Source: Armatimonadota bacterium | Lineage (GTDB): Bacteria > Sysuimicrobiota > Sysuimicrobiia > Sysuimicrobiales > Kaftiobacteriaceae | Assembly: GCA_037440005.1 (NCBI GenBank) | Contig: JBBIUY010000038.1 | Coordinates: 1 to 28,212, forward strand | DNA: 28,212 nucleotides | Reading direction: 5' to 3' | Part shown: positions 1 to 9,105 of the stretch, piece after piece | Layout: each line of letters opens with the position of its first letter | Position numbering within the stretch: the first letter of the stretch is position 1 | Notes under the pieces: generated by a model | What the model saw: the letters and a program-made list of their open reading frames with translations, nothing else | What the model was told of the DNA's origin: nothing | Database searches by the model: none | Position numbers and translations under genes: made by a program

Positions 1-197
1 GCCGCCGCCCGGACAGCGGCAGAGGCCGCAGAGGGAGACGCGAGGGGGACGACCAGCCCGGCGGCCAGCAGCAGGCCGTGGGCGGCCAGCACGACCACGG
101 CGGCGCGGGCCGCCCATACGAGCGCCCGCTGCGCGGTCAGCCGCCGCGCCGCCCGCCCCGTCACCCGCGCCAGGACCGGATCCACAGCCGATCCCAT
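1..197 (-). CDS. Membrane protein, 5' part only (runs off the window start)
   Basis: Not in the ORF track. ATG at 197 (alternative GTG at 185) reads MGSAVDPVLARVTGRAARRLTAQRALVWAARAAVVVLAAHGLLLAAGLVVP... and stays open to position 1. It has a hydrophobic segment and lies 6 nt after an extended -10. Confidence 0.65.
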   Translation of the reverse strand, partial: MGSAVDPVLARVTGRAARRLTAQRALVWAARAAVVVLAAHGLLLAAGLVVPLASPSAASAAVRAA

Positions 198-203
198 ATA
201 CTG

Positions 204-212
204 ATCATAACA
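204..212 (-). promoter_or_regulatory. Extended -10 promoter (TGtTATGAT), probable leaderless transcript
   Basis: Minus strand TG-T-TATGAT-CAGTAT-ATG in an AT-rich patch; no Shine-Dalgarno (SD) sequence. Confidence 0.55.
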
Positions 213-245
213 CCGCCGCCGGCCCGCACCGCACCGTCGTCTCCG

Positions 246-971
246 TCAGTCCCCGTCCGCCCAGCGCCGGCGGATCGCCAGCACCCGCAGCCGCAGCAGC
301 ACCCCACAGCCGGCGGCGACGGCCAGGTAGCCCGCTGCCACCGGCAGGAGGACCGGACGCCACCCCTCCCGCACCAGCAGCGACAGCGCCGGGACCGGCC
401 CCGCCCACCTCCAGGGCGCGGGCAGGGCGGACGGCCCGAGGAACACCAGGCCCAGGGTCGTCCAGTGGGCCAGGCTGCGCAGGACGTCCGACTCGAACAC
501 CGCGGCGTACAGGGACCCCGCGGACCCGACGGCGGCCGCCACCGGCACGATCACCCCCGCCGCCTGCACCACCACGAGCGGCGGATCGCCCCGCAGCCCA
601 GCCGCCACCACCACAAAGGGCGCGGTCAGCGCCGTCTGGACCACCGCCAGCACGGCGCTGGACAGGACCTTGCCCGCGGCGATGACGCCAGCCCCAAACG
701 GCGACGCGGCCAGGTCCCACGCCGACTTCTCGCCGTCCATCACGATCTCGCCGCACCCGCTGGCGGAGGCGACGTAGCTCACCAGCGCCGCGGCCACCAC
801 CAGCACGGCGGTGAACAGCCCTTCCCGGCGCACCTCCTCCCGCCTCCCCACGTCCGGGGGAAGGGCCAGCAGCGTCAGAACCGCCAGCACCGCTAGGACC
901 ACCGTGTGCACCGTCACGGCCCGGACGCCGCCCAGGCGGTAGCGCAGCTCCGAGCGCAGGACAGGGTTCAC
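246..971 (-). CDS. ABC-2-type permease-like membrane protein
   Basis: Starts NPVLRSELR-type N-terminus; about 6 TM segments; 'I..EK..W.L...P......GK' ABC-2 pattern. GTG at 971 overlaps the upstream stop (GTGA). Confidence 0.7.
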   Translation of the reverse strand: MNPVLRSELRYRLGGVRAVTVHTVVLAVLAVLTLLALPPDVGRREEVRREGLFTAVLVVAAALVSYVASASGCGEIVMDGEKSAWDLAASPFGAGVIAAGKVLSSAVLAVVQTALTAPFVVVAAGLRGDPPLVVVQAAGVIVPVAAAVGSAGSLYAAVFESDVLRSLAHWTTLGLVFLGPSALPAPWRWAGPVPALSLLVREGWRPVLLPVAAGYLAVAAGCGVLLRLRVLAIRRRWADGD

Positions 972-2719
972 GGCCGCACCGCCAGAGGCACCACCACCAG
1001 GTGGTGCACCGTCGCGGGATGGGAGACCTCCGACCGCACGGCCACCCGTTCGTCGGCCACCCACCCCACCAGCCAGCCGTCTGTGGTCGGCGCGGCCACG
1101 AGGGCGGCCAGGACGTCGTCCAGCAGGCGGTCGCGCGGGTCCGGCGGAGGAGAGGGCGGCCGCTGCACCGGCCGCCAGTCGGTGGGGTCGAGGACCCGCG
1201 TCATGGGGGCGGAGAGGGCCGGCAGGGAAGCGACCTGTCCCGCCCGCACGACCAGCGGGGAGAGGATCACCCTGCCCGAGAGGTTGCGGACGGTCAGTTC
1301 CAGGCCGTCGGGCCTGTCGTGCAGCCTCCCCTCCACCGGCAGCTCCACCATCTGCTGCAGCCCCACCCGCACCCCCGGGAAGGACACCTCGCCCTCGACC
1401 ACCTCGGGCCCCTCGAAGGTCACCGGCAGATGCCCCTCAGGCACGAACGCGCCGCCCGCGGGAGCGCGCAGCCGCACCCGCGCCCCGTACGGCGCGTAGA
1501 CGGCCACCTCCCCCCGCACGCGCGCCCAGGGGCTGCCGGGGATCCGCTCGGCCACCGAGACCTGCACCACCGCGGCGGACGCCGCCCGGGCATACAGCGA
1601 GAACCCGTACATGACCGACGCCGCCGCCGCCGACAGCGCCAGGACCGCCGCCCAGCCGTGACGGCGGGGGCCCAGGCGCCGCAGCACGGCCCGGACCAGC
1701 AGGATGTATCCCACAGACAGCGCTACCAGGATGCCCTGCAGGCTGCCGGGCAGCGGGCGCGTGGGCGGAAGCGCCCCCGCCGGGTCGGCAAGCACGGGGG
1801 GCGGTGGCGGCGCGTCCAGCACCTCGCGCCAGAAGGCGGCCTGGCCGTCCCAGGTCCGCACCTGCGGGCTGAAGGCGTCCCACCCCCAGACGGCCACCGT
1901 CCCCGCCCCGTAGCGCCCCCGGACCACCAGGGCCCGGGCTGGCGACGGAAACGCCCGCGCGCCGGCGCGCGGCCGCAGGAGCGCGGCCGGGATCTGTGAC
2001 CGCAGGCCGGGCAGGTCATCTGGACCGGCCGTCACCAGCTCTGCAGGCCGGGCGGGCAGCAGGTCGTCCAGCCACGGCGCCCGCAGGGACAGCAGCCGCT
2101 CGGCGCCGGTGACCACCAGGCGTCCGCCCTGGGCCACCCACCGGACCAGCGCGTCCTGCTGGGAGGGGGTCAGCGCGGCGGGGTCGGCGTCCCGCAGGAC
2201 CACGGCCGCCACCCCTCCATACCCCTGCCAGCGCTCCGGCAGCTGACGCGCGTCCACGTAGGCAGGGCCCAGGCGCCGCGCCCCGGCCACCCGCTCCAGC
2301 CCGGCAGCCTCCCGGGAGACGGCCAGGATCACCGCGTCCACCACCCGCGACGGTCGGAGGTCCACCACGGCCCGGGCCCGGACCGCTCCGCCCTCCAGGC
2401 GCACCACCGGGGGGTGGCGCACCGTGGGCAGGACGACCTCCATCGTCACGCGGTGGGGACCGCCCGGCGGCAGGCGCACTGCCCGCCGGAACACCATCGG
2501 CCGGCCGCCTGCAGGAGACGGGACTTCGACGACCAGAGCGCCGACGACGGGGATGGCCGCGCGCACCTCCACCGTCAGCGGGATCCAGCCGGACAGGGAA
2601 ATCCAGCCCGCCCATCCCGCCGACGCCCGCACCTCCACCGCCCCCTGCGCGGCGGCGGGAGCACAGGCCACGGCGACCACGCCGGCGGCGAACCGGCAGG
2701 CGCGCAGCAGGCGGCGCAC
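968..2719 (-). CDS. Large exported/membrane protein with a class I glutamine amidotransferase-like domain
   Basis: Signal peptide; G-W-x-P-L-x-V N-terminal beta domain; 'LPERWQGY..V.AVVL...LTPSQQDALVRWVAQGGRLVVTG' GATase-like motif; two central TM helices. Confidence 0.7.
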   Translation of the reverse strand: MRRLLRACRFAAGVVAVACAPAAAQGAVEVRASAGWAGWISLSGWIPLTVEVRAAIPVVGALVVEVPSPAGGRPMVFRRAVRLPPGGPHRVTMEVVLPTVRHPPVVRLEGGAVRARAVVDLRPSRVVDAVILAVSREAAGLERVAGARRLGPAYVDARQLPERWQGYGGVAAVVLRDADPAALTPSQQDALVRWVAQGGRLVVTGAERLLSLRAPWLDDLLPARPAELVTAGPDDLPGLRSQIPAALLRPRAGARAFPSPARALVVRGRYGAGTVAVWGWDAFSPQVRTWDGQAAFWREVLDAPPPPPVLADPAGALPPTRPLPGSLQGILVALSVGYILLVRAVLRRLGPRRHGWAAVLALSAAAASVMYGFSLYARAASAAVVQVSVAERIPGSPWARVRGEVAVYAPYGARVRLRAPAGGAFVPEGHLPVTFEGPEVVEGEVSFPGVRVGLQQMVELPVEGRLHDRPDGLELTVRNLSGRVILSPLVVRAGQVASLPALSAPMTRVLDPTDWRPVQRPPSPPPDPRDRLLDDVLAALVAAPTTDGWLVGWVADERVAVRSEVSHPATVHHLVVVPLAVRP

Positions 2720-2815
2720 GACACACCCGGATGCGATGGTGGGGGGAACTTAGGCGCCGGGCGGCCCGCACCCTGCCCGCCCGCGCAGGCCGGGACGCCG
2801 CGGCGTCCGCAGATG

Positions 2816-3061
2816 TCAGGAGGACGTCTTGGCCGGAGTGTCGTCGGTCCGGGAGGCCGGTGCGGCCTCGCCGTCGGATGAGGACTTCTTGCGGTAGTCG
2901 GTGGTGTGAAATCCCGATCCTTTGAAGATCAGTCCCACGGAGCTGAACACGCGGCGAGCCGGTCCGCCGCACACCGGGCACGGACCGGCGGAGCCGCCCA
3001 CGGCGTGGTAGACCTCGAAGTGGTGGTCGCAGCGCGCGCAGCGGTACTCGTACAGCGGCAT
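2816..3061 (-). CDS. FmdB family zinc-ribbon regulatory protein
   Basis: MPLYEYRCARC...CPVCGG...RVFSSVGLIFKGSGFHTTDY; SD GAGGGAG upstream of ATG 3061. Confidence 0.93.
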   Translation of the reverse strand: MPLYEYRCARCDHHFEVYHAVGGSAGPCPVCGGPARRVFSSVGLIFKGSGFHTTDYRKKSSSDGEAAPASRTDDTPAKTSS

Positions 3062-3097
3062 CGTGTCTCCCTCACCCGAAGCACATTCAGTTGTATT

Positions 3098-3126
3098 AGT
3101 ATTGGCCGCTGCGCAGACCGTGTCAA
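3098..3126 (-). promoter_or_regulatory. Sigma70-type promoter for the fmdB-like gene
   Basis: TTGACA-N17-AATACT on the minus strand in an AT-rich intergenic patch. Confidence 0.55.
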
Positions 3127-3208
3127 GGGCGCGCACACGGCAGGCGCGCGGTGACGCGCTGAACGCGAGGCCGGCGCCGGCAGCGCCGCGTCGGCGTTCT
3201 CCCGCCGG

Positions 3209-4246
3209 TCACCTCCGGGCCAGCCGGGCCAGCCAGACGGGGCCTACCCCGTCGCCGGTGTTGGTGCCGAACGTCACCTCCCGGCCGGACGGAGACCAGG
3301 AGGCCGACAGCCCCGGCGAACCGGGGAACTCCAGCCGGTAGGCGTGCACCCGCAGACGGCCGGACCCGTCGGCGTCGGCCACGTACACCTCGGCCCGCCC
3401 GTCGTCCGTCCGGGCGAACGCCACCTTGTCCGACTGGGGAGACCAGCCCACGCCGCTCACGCGCCCGGTGGCCAGCGTCACCCGTCCGGTGCCGTCCAGG
3501 CGGCTCACCACTAGCCGCGCCGCGCCCGCAGCGTCCCGGACCACCGCGGCCATCAGGCGTCCCGACGGCGCCAGGGCCAACGCGTCCGCCGGCGCCTCCA
3601 ACGGGATCCGCCGGCGGTCGGGGTAGGCGATCCGGACCCTCCACGCCTCGGTGACGGCGCCCTCGTCCCCGCTCACGCTGACCAGCAGGTACAGGCTGTC
3701 GGAAAACCACTGTACGTCGGCGATCCGGCGGCCCGCCGGTGCGGCGAACACCAGGCGGCGAAATCCCCCGTCGCGGTTGGTTAACCACAGCTCGTCGGCG
3801 GACCCGCCGTCCCGCTGGCGGCGCAGCACCACCGCCAGCCGGTCGCTGCCGGGCGCCCAGGCCGCCCGCAGCGCGCGCCCCCCCAGCGCCAGGCGCTGCC
3901 GGGAAGCGCCGTCGGGGCGCAGGGTCCACACACTGCCCTCGTCCACCACCGCCAGCAGACCGACGGGCGCCGACCAGGTCAACTCTGTGCCTGTCCGGAC
4001 CGGGGCCACGGACCGCAGCGTGCCGTCCAGGCGGTACACCCACACCCGCCCGTCGGCGGTGAACGCCAGGGCCGCGCCGTCAGGGGACCACACCGCCGGG
4101 GAGCGCGCCGGGCGGTCCACCACCCGCCGGACGTCCACCACCCGCAGCTGGCGGGTGCTCTCGGGCGCGGGATGCCGGCTGACCTGGCAGCCGGCGGCCA
4201 GCACCGCCAGGAGCAGGACGGGCAGCGCGCGCCCGCCTCGCGTCAT
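3209..4246 (-). CDS. TolB-like / PD40 beta-propeller lipoprotein
   Basis: Lipobox LAAG-C after a hydrophobic core; repeated WSPDG/WAPGS/WSPQS/WSPSG blade motifs. Confidence 0.85.
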   Translation of the reverse strand: MTRGGRALPVLLLAVLAAGCQVSRHPAPESTRQLRVVDVRRVVDRPARSPAVWSPDGAALAFTADGRVWVYRLDGTLRSVAPVRTGTELTWSAPVGLLAVVDEGSVWTLRPDGASRQRLALGGRALRAAWAPGSDRLAVVLRRQRDGGSADELWLTNRDGGFRRLVFAAPAGRRIADVQWFSDSLYLLVSVSGDEGAVTEAWRVRIAYPDRRRIPLEAPADALALAPSGRLMAAVVRDAAGAARLVVSRLDGTGRVTLATGRVSGVGWSPQSDKVAFARTDDGRAEVYVADADGSGRLRVHAYRLEFPGSPGLSASWSPSGREVTFGTNTGDGVGPVWLARLARR

Positions 4247-4325
4247 GTCCGCGCCGCAGGGCAGACAGGCCGCCGGTCGCGCCGCGGCGGGATTCCTGGA
4301 CATCGGCGGCGACCTGCGGGGCGCC

Positions 4326-5531
4326 CTAGACCACCGGGTACTTGCCCTCGGCCAGCTCGCGGGTCAGCTGGGGGATGTTGCCCAGCTCCCTCTCCAGGAT
4401 CTCCCGCACCCGGCGGACGGCGACGGCGCGGCGGGCGCGCTTTTCCAGGATGATCTGCGCCGCGGCCACCTGGGGCTGGTCGATGGGGGCGCCGATCTGG
4501 CTGAGCAGCCACACGTAGACCTCCCGGATGCCGGGGACCTCCCGGTAGATCCGGTCGGCCACCTGGTGGGTCAGGATGGTGTAGATCTTGCCCACGTGGG
4601 AGACGGGGTTCTTGCCCGCGGCCGCCTCGGTCCCCATGGGGCGGTTCAGGGCGATCACCCCGTTCACCTTGTTGCCCCGACCGATCTGCCCGCTGTCCCC
4701 GCCCTCGGCGGACGTGCCCGTCACCGAGAGGTACATGCCTCCCAGGCCGCGGCCGGGCATGTCCAGGGTGTTCAGGGCCAGGGAGATCTTGCGGAGGGCG
4801 CGGGCTTCCGACCGGATGTACTCCTCCACCGCCTCGTGCATCTGCGCCTTGCGGCGGAAGTAGGTCTCCTCCGAATCGATGAACCGGTCCACGATGGCCA
4901 CCGCCGCCGTCAGGGACAGCTCGTCGCCCCGCCGGCACCCCATCACCTTGATGTCCTCGCCGGCTTCGGGAAACTGCTCCTTGAACGCCGGCGAGTTCAT
5001 GTACCGCTCGGTGAGCAGGACCAGCCGCTCGGTCTCGGTCAGGGGCGCGTACCCCACCGCCGCCGAGGTGTCGTTGGCTCCCGGGACCTCGCGGCGGAAG
5101 ATGTCCACCAGCTCGGGGGAGCCGGGTTTGATCTGCACGTCGTAGCGGACGTGCTCCTCGGGGTCCACAAACCGCAGGTTCTCCCGGATCCACCGCTTGG
5201 CCGTGCTGACGGCGATCTCCTCGATGGGCACCCGCTGGCCGTCGATCTCGTAGGTGGCGCGGTCGCCGAAGATCAGGCGCATGGGCTCCAGGATCCGCCC
5301 CCCGCCCAGCCGGACCTCGGCGGTCCCCGCCACCAGGAAGGCCTTGTCGATGTTGTGGTGCAGGATGGCCCCGCAGCGGCGCAGGTACTCGCGGCTCAGC
5401 TCGATGCTGACCCGCTCCATGATGGCGTCGCAGATGGAATCGGGATGGCCGACCCCCTTGCGCTCGACGATCTCCACCTGGTGCTCGGAGACCGGCTTGC
5501 CGGACAGAACCTCCACCGTGATCTGCCGCAC
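4326..5531 (-). CDS. mat: S-adenosylmethionine synthetase, archaeal-type (methionine adenosyltransferase)
   Basis: EIVERKGVGHPDSICD, ANDTS, GEDIKVMG, GTSAEGGDSGQIGRGN and EAAAGKNPVSHVGKIY motifs; SD GGGAGG. Confidence 0.93.
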   Translation of the reverse strand: MRQITVEVLSGKPVSEHQVEIVERKGVGHPDSICDAIMERVSIELSREYLRRCGAILHHNIDKAFLVAGTAEVRLGGGRILEPMRLIFGDRATYEIDGQRVPIEEIAVSTAKRWIRENLRFVDPEEHVRYDVQIKPGSPELVDIFRREVPGANDTSAAVGYAPLTETERLVLLTERYMNSPAFKEQFPEAGEDIKVMGCRRGDELSLTAAVAIVDRFIDSEETYFRRKAQMHEAVEEYIRSEARALRKISLALNTLDMPGRGLGGMYLSVTGTSAEGGDSGQIGRGNKVNGVIALNRPMGTEAAAGKNPVSHVGKIYTILTHQVADRIYREVPGIREVYVWLLSQIGAPIDQPQVAAAQIILEKRARRAVAVRRVREILERELGNIPQLTRELAEGKYPVV

Positions 5532-5600
5532 CGTGGCCTCCCCGCCGCCGCGTTCGGGGAAAGGATTCGCGCCGCCGGCGGCCGCTCCTACCCGACGCCC

Positions 5601-6269
5601 CTACCACCACCCCGGAGGCGGGCGGCGACGGCGGACGAAGACGGGCACCAGGATCACCCCGGCCACGAAGCCGCCCACGTGGGCCCACCAGGCCACCACC
5701 TCGGCCTCGCTGCCCAGGGTGGCTAGACCCGAGACCAGCTGCAGGACAAACCACAGGGGCAGGAACACCACCGCCGGGACCGCCACCACCCGGGTGAACA
5801 ACCCCAAAGGCACCAGGGACAGGATGCGGGCCCGGGGGAATAGGACCAGGTACGCCCCCAGCACGCCGGCGATGGCGCCGCTGGCGCCCACCAGCGGCCG
5901 GTCCGACAGCGGCGCCAGCAGGGTGTGGGCGAGCCCGGCGGCCGCCCCCGCCAGCAGGTAGAACGCCACGAAGCCGGCGTGTCCCATCCGGTCCTCCACG
6001 TTGTCGCCGAACACCCACAGGTACAGCATGTTGCCGCCCAGGTGGATCCACCCGCCGTGCAAGAAGGTGTAGGTCAGAAGGGTGGGCGCCGCGCCCAGGG
6101 GGTCCGCCAGGATCCGCGCCGGCACCGCTCCGTAGGCGGTGACCAGCGCCAGCAGGCCGGCGTCGCCCGCCGACGCCATGCGCAGGAAGACCGCCACCGA
6201 CGCCCCCATGAGGGCCACGGTGGCCACGGGGAACGAGCGGGACGGGTTCTCGTCGCGCAGGGGGATCAT
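5601..6269 (-). CDS. Rhomboid family intramembrane serine protease
   Basis: MIPLRDENP start; FLHGGWIHLGGNM, GASG (catalytic Ser) and AHVGGF (His). ATG overlaps the mgtC stop. Confidence 0.93.
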   Translation of the reverse strand: MIPLRDENPSRSFPVATVALMGASVAVFLRMASAGDAGLLALVTAYGAVPARILADPLGAAPTLLTYTFLHGGWIHLGGNMLYLWVFGDNVEDRMGHAGFVAFYLLAGAAAGLAHTLLAPLSDRPLVGASGAIAGVLGAYLVLFPRARILSLVPLGLFTRVVAVPAVVFLPLWFVLQLVSGLATLGSEAEVVAWWAHVGGFVAGVILVPVFVRRRRPPPGWW

Positions 6270-6937
6270 GCCGCGGCGGTGTCTTCCCAGCGCACCGCCT
6301 CCACCCCGTCCACGTCCCCCAGCGCCACCAGCAGCTCGTCCCGGCTCAGGCGGGGAGGCAGCCGCACCCCCAGGGTCAGGACTACCTTCTCGTCCATCCG
6401 CCCGGACATGTCCACGTGCTCGATGTTCACCCCGAGCTGGCCCAGCAGGGTGCCGATGCGGCCGATCTGGCCCGGCCGGTCCGCGATGATCAGGGACAGG
6501 TGGCCCACCCCCCGGCGGGGGATGCGGGCCTCCAGGCCCTTGAACAGGGTCAGGACCGCCGCCACGATGGCGGTGGTCAGGATGGCGCCGATGTAGTAGC
6601 CGACCCCCGCCGCCGTGCCGATGGCGGCCACCGTCCACAGGCTGGCCGCCGTGGTGAGCCCCTGGACGGTGACGCCGGTGCGCCAGATGGTGCCGGCGCC
6701 CAGAAAGCCGATGCCCACCACGATGTTGCTGGCCACCCGGGCGGGGTCGGCGCCGGTGCCGAAAAAGCCCACCGCCGAGATCAGGGTGAACAGGGCGGCG
6801 CCCACGCACACCAGGATGTGGGTGCGGAAGCCGGCGGGCTTCTCCGCGCTCTCCCGCTGCCAGCCGATCAGGCCGCCCAGGACCAGGGCCAGGCTCAGCC
6901 GCAGGGCGGCCACGCCGATCTGCTCCAGCACCGTCAT
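6266..6937 (-). CDS. MgtC/SapB family protein with a C-terminal ACT-like domain
   Basis: PAGFRTHILV, RVASNIVVGIGFLGAG, GLTTAASLW; C-terminal DRPGQIGRIG...LGVNI. Confidence 0.92.
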   Translation of the reverse strand: MTVLEQIGVAALRLSLALVLGGLIGWQRESAEKPAGFRTHILVCVGAALFTLISAVGFFGTGADPARVASNIVVGIGFLGAGTIWRTGVTVQGLTTAASLWTVAAIGTAAGVGYYIGAILTTAIVAAVLTLFKGLEARIPRRGVGHLSLIIADRPGQIGRIGTLLGQLGVNIEHVDMSGRMDEKVVLTLGVRLPPRLSRDELLVALGDVDGVEAVRWEDTAAA

Positions 6938-8016
6938 GGTCCCGCCGCCTTCTCCCGGGCCAGCGCCTCCACCTGCTCCATCAGGGCGTCCACCAGGCGC
7001 TCTTCGGGCAGGCTGGCGATGATCTTCCCGCCCCGGAACAGCAGCCCCATGCCCCGGCCGCAGGCGATCCCCAGGTCGGCCATCCGCGCCTCGCCGGGCC
7101 CGTTGACGGCGCACCCCATGACCGCCACCTTCACCGGCGCGTTCATCCGGGCCAGCCGCCGCTCCACCTCCTGGGCGATGGCGATGATGTCCACCTCGGC
7201 CCGCCCGCAGGACGGGCAGGCCACCAGCTGCACGCCCCGGGTCCGCAGGCCCAGGCTCTTGAGGATCTCGTACCCCACCCGGACCTCCTCCACCGGGTCG
7301 GCGGCCAGGGAGACCCGGATGGTGTCTCCGATCCCGCGGGAGAGGATGGCGCCGATGCCCGCGGCCGACTTGAGGCCGCCGGCCCAGGCGGTGCCCGCCT
7401 CGGTGATCCCCACGTGGAGGGGGTAGTCCACCAGCTCGCTGATCATGGTGTAGGCCTCCACGGCCATGGGCACGTCGGAGGCCTTCACCGACACCACGAT
7501 GTCGTGGAAGTCCAGGTCCTGCAGCACCTTGATGTCCTCCAGGGCGCTGTGGACCAGCGCCTCGGCGCAGGGGCGGCCGAAGCGGCGCAGGGTGGCCTTG
7601 CTGAGGGACCCGATGTTGGCGCCCACCCGGATCGGCACCCCCCGCTCCTTGGCGGCCCGGGCCACGATCCGCGTGCGCTCCCGGCTGCCGATGTTGCCGG
7701 GGTTGATGCGCAGCTTGTCCACCCCCGCCTCCAGGGCGGCCAGGGCCAGCCGGTAGTCGAAGTGGATGTCGGCCACGATGGGGATCGGGCTGCGCGGCCG
7801 GATCTGCCCCAGGGCCTGGGCGGCCTCCCGGTCGGGGACGGCCAGCCGGACGATCTCGCATCCCTCGGCGGCCAGCTGGTAGATCTGGGCCAGGGTGCCG
7901 TCCACGTCCCGGGTGTCGGTGATGGTCATGGACTGCACCGCGATCGGCGCGCCGCCGCCGATCTCGACGCGTCCCACCCGCACCCGCCGGGTCTGCTCTC
8001 GCGGCCGCAGGGCCAT
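6934..8016 (-). CDS. ispG: 4-hydroxy-3-methylbut-2-en-1-yl diphosphate synthase
   Basis: GGGAPIAVQSMT, ADIHFDY, RINPGN, CPSCGR, AVMGCAVNGPGE. Confidence 0.97.
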   Translation of the reverse strand: MALRPREQTRRVRVGRVEIGGGAPIAVQSMTITDTRDVDGTLAQIYQLAAEGCEIVRLAVPDREAAQALGQIRPRSPIPIVADIHFDYRLALAALEAGVDKLRINPGNIGSRERTRIVARAAKERGVPIRVGANIGSLSKATLRRFGRPCAEALVHSALEDIKVLQDLDFHDIVVSVKASDVPMAVEAYTMISELVDYPLHVGITEAGTAWAGGLKSAAGIGAILSRGIGDTIRVSLAADPVEEVRVGYEILKSLGLRTRGVQLVACPSCGRAEVDIIAIAQEVERRLARMNAPVKVAVMGCAVNGPGEARMADLGIACGRGMGLLFRGGKIIASLPEERLVDALMEQVEALAREKAAGP

Positions 8017-8039
8017 CGCCGCGCTCACCCCCCCACCCC

Positions 8040-9101
8040 TCACAGGCGGCCCAGGTCCCGCACCGTCAGGACCACCAGCAGGAGCATGAGCAGCGCAAAC
8101 CCCACCAGGTGGATGTAGCCCTCCCGCCGGGGGTCCACGGGCCGCCGCCGCACCGCTTCCACCACCAAAAACAGCAGCCGCCCGCCGTCCAGGGCCGGCA
8201 CCGGGAGGAGGTTGAACAGCCCCACCATGATGCTCAGCAGCGCCGCCGTGTACACGAACGGTTCCACGCCCACCTGGGCTGCCTCCCCCAGAAACCGCAC
8301 CGCGTCCACGGGGCCGGACAGCTCGCGCAGAAACGTCCCGCGCCGGATCAACGCCGCCACCGCCCCGCCGATGGCCGCCACGTACTGCCCCGTGGTGGCC
8401 ACCCCCCACCACAGGGCGCGCGCCGGACCCATGGGCTGGCGTACCGACTCGGGGCGAAAGCCGATGAGCCCGATCCCCTGGCGCTGGTCGCGGACGGTGG
8501 TCACCTCCACCTCAAACCGCCGGCCGTCGCGCTCCACCGTCAGGCGCAGGCGGGCGTGGGGCCGGCGGTGGATGGTGTCGATCACCTGCTCCCCGTCCGC
8601 CATGGGCTCGCCGTCGATGGCCACGATCCGGTCGCCCACCCGCAGCCCCGCGGCCGCCGCCGGGCAGGTCACCCGGCGGCCGTCGTCGGAGCACACCGTC
8701 AGCAGCTGCCCGATGCGGGGGCTGATGCCCACCGGCACGCCCAGGGCGGCCGCCAGGGCGGCGAACAGGACCACCGCCAGGACCAGGTTCATCACGGGCC
8801 CGGCCAGCACCACCGCCATGCGCTGCCAGACCGACTTGCTGCGCAGGCTGCCCGGTCCGCTGGCTCCGTCGGTGTCCTCCCCCGCCAGCTTCACGTAGCC
8901 TCCCAGCGGCAGGAGGTTGATGGCGTACACCGTGTCCCCGCGCCGCACGCTCACCAGCGCGGGGCCGAACCCCAGGGCGAACGCCAGCACGGTGACCCCC
9001 GCCCGGCGGGCCACCACAAAGTGGCCCAGCTCGTGGGCGAAGATCATCAGCCCGAAGGCGACGACGGCCCACAGCAGATGAACCGGCGGCCCGTCGCTCA
9101 T
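8040..9101 (-). CDS. rseP: RIP metalloprotease (M50, one PDZ domain)
   Basis: HELGH, LPLGGYV, PDZ, NLLPVPALDGG; lies between dxr and ispG. Confidence 0.93.
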   Translation of the reverse strand: MSDGPPVHLLWAVVAFGLMIFAHELGHFVVARRAGVTVLAFALGFGPALVSVRRGDTVYAINLLPLGGYVKLAGEDTDGASGPGSLRSKSVWQRMAVVLAGPVMNLVLAVVLFAALAAALGVPVGISPRIGQLLTVCSDDGRRVTCPAAAAGLRVGDRIVAIDGEPMADGEQVIDTIHRRPHARLRLTVERDGRRFEVEVTTVRDQRQGIGLIGFRPESVRQPMGPARALWWGVATTGQYVAAIGGAVAALIRRGTFLRELSGPVDAVRFLGEAAQVGVEPFVYTAALLSIMVGLFNLLPVPALDGGRLLFLVVEAVRRRPVDPRREGYIHLVGFALLMLLLVVLTVRDLGRL

Positions 9102-9105
9102 GCCG

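Noticed and set aside
5532..5600. SAM riboswitch upstream of the SAM synthetase
   Set aside because: The 69-nt gap has a pyrimidine patch (UCCUUUCCCC) that could pair weakly with the SD, but I see no SAM-I, -II or -III core motifs.
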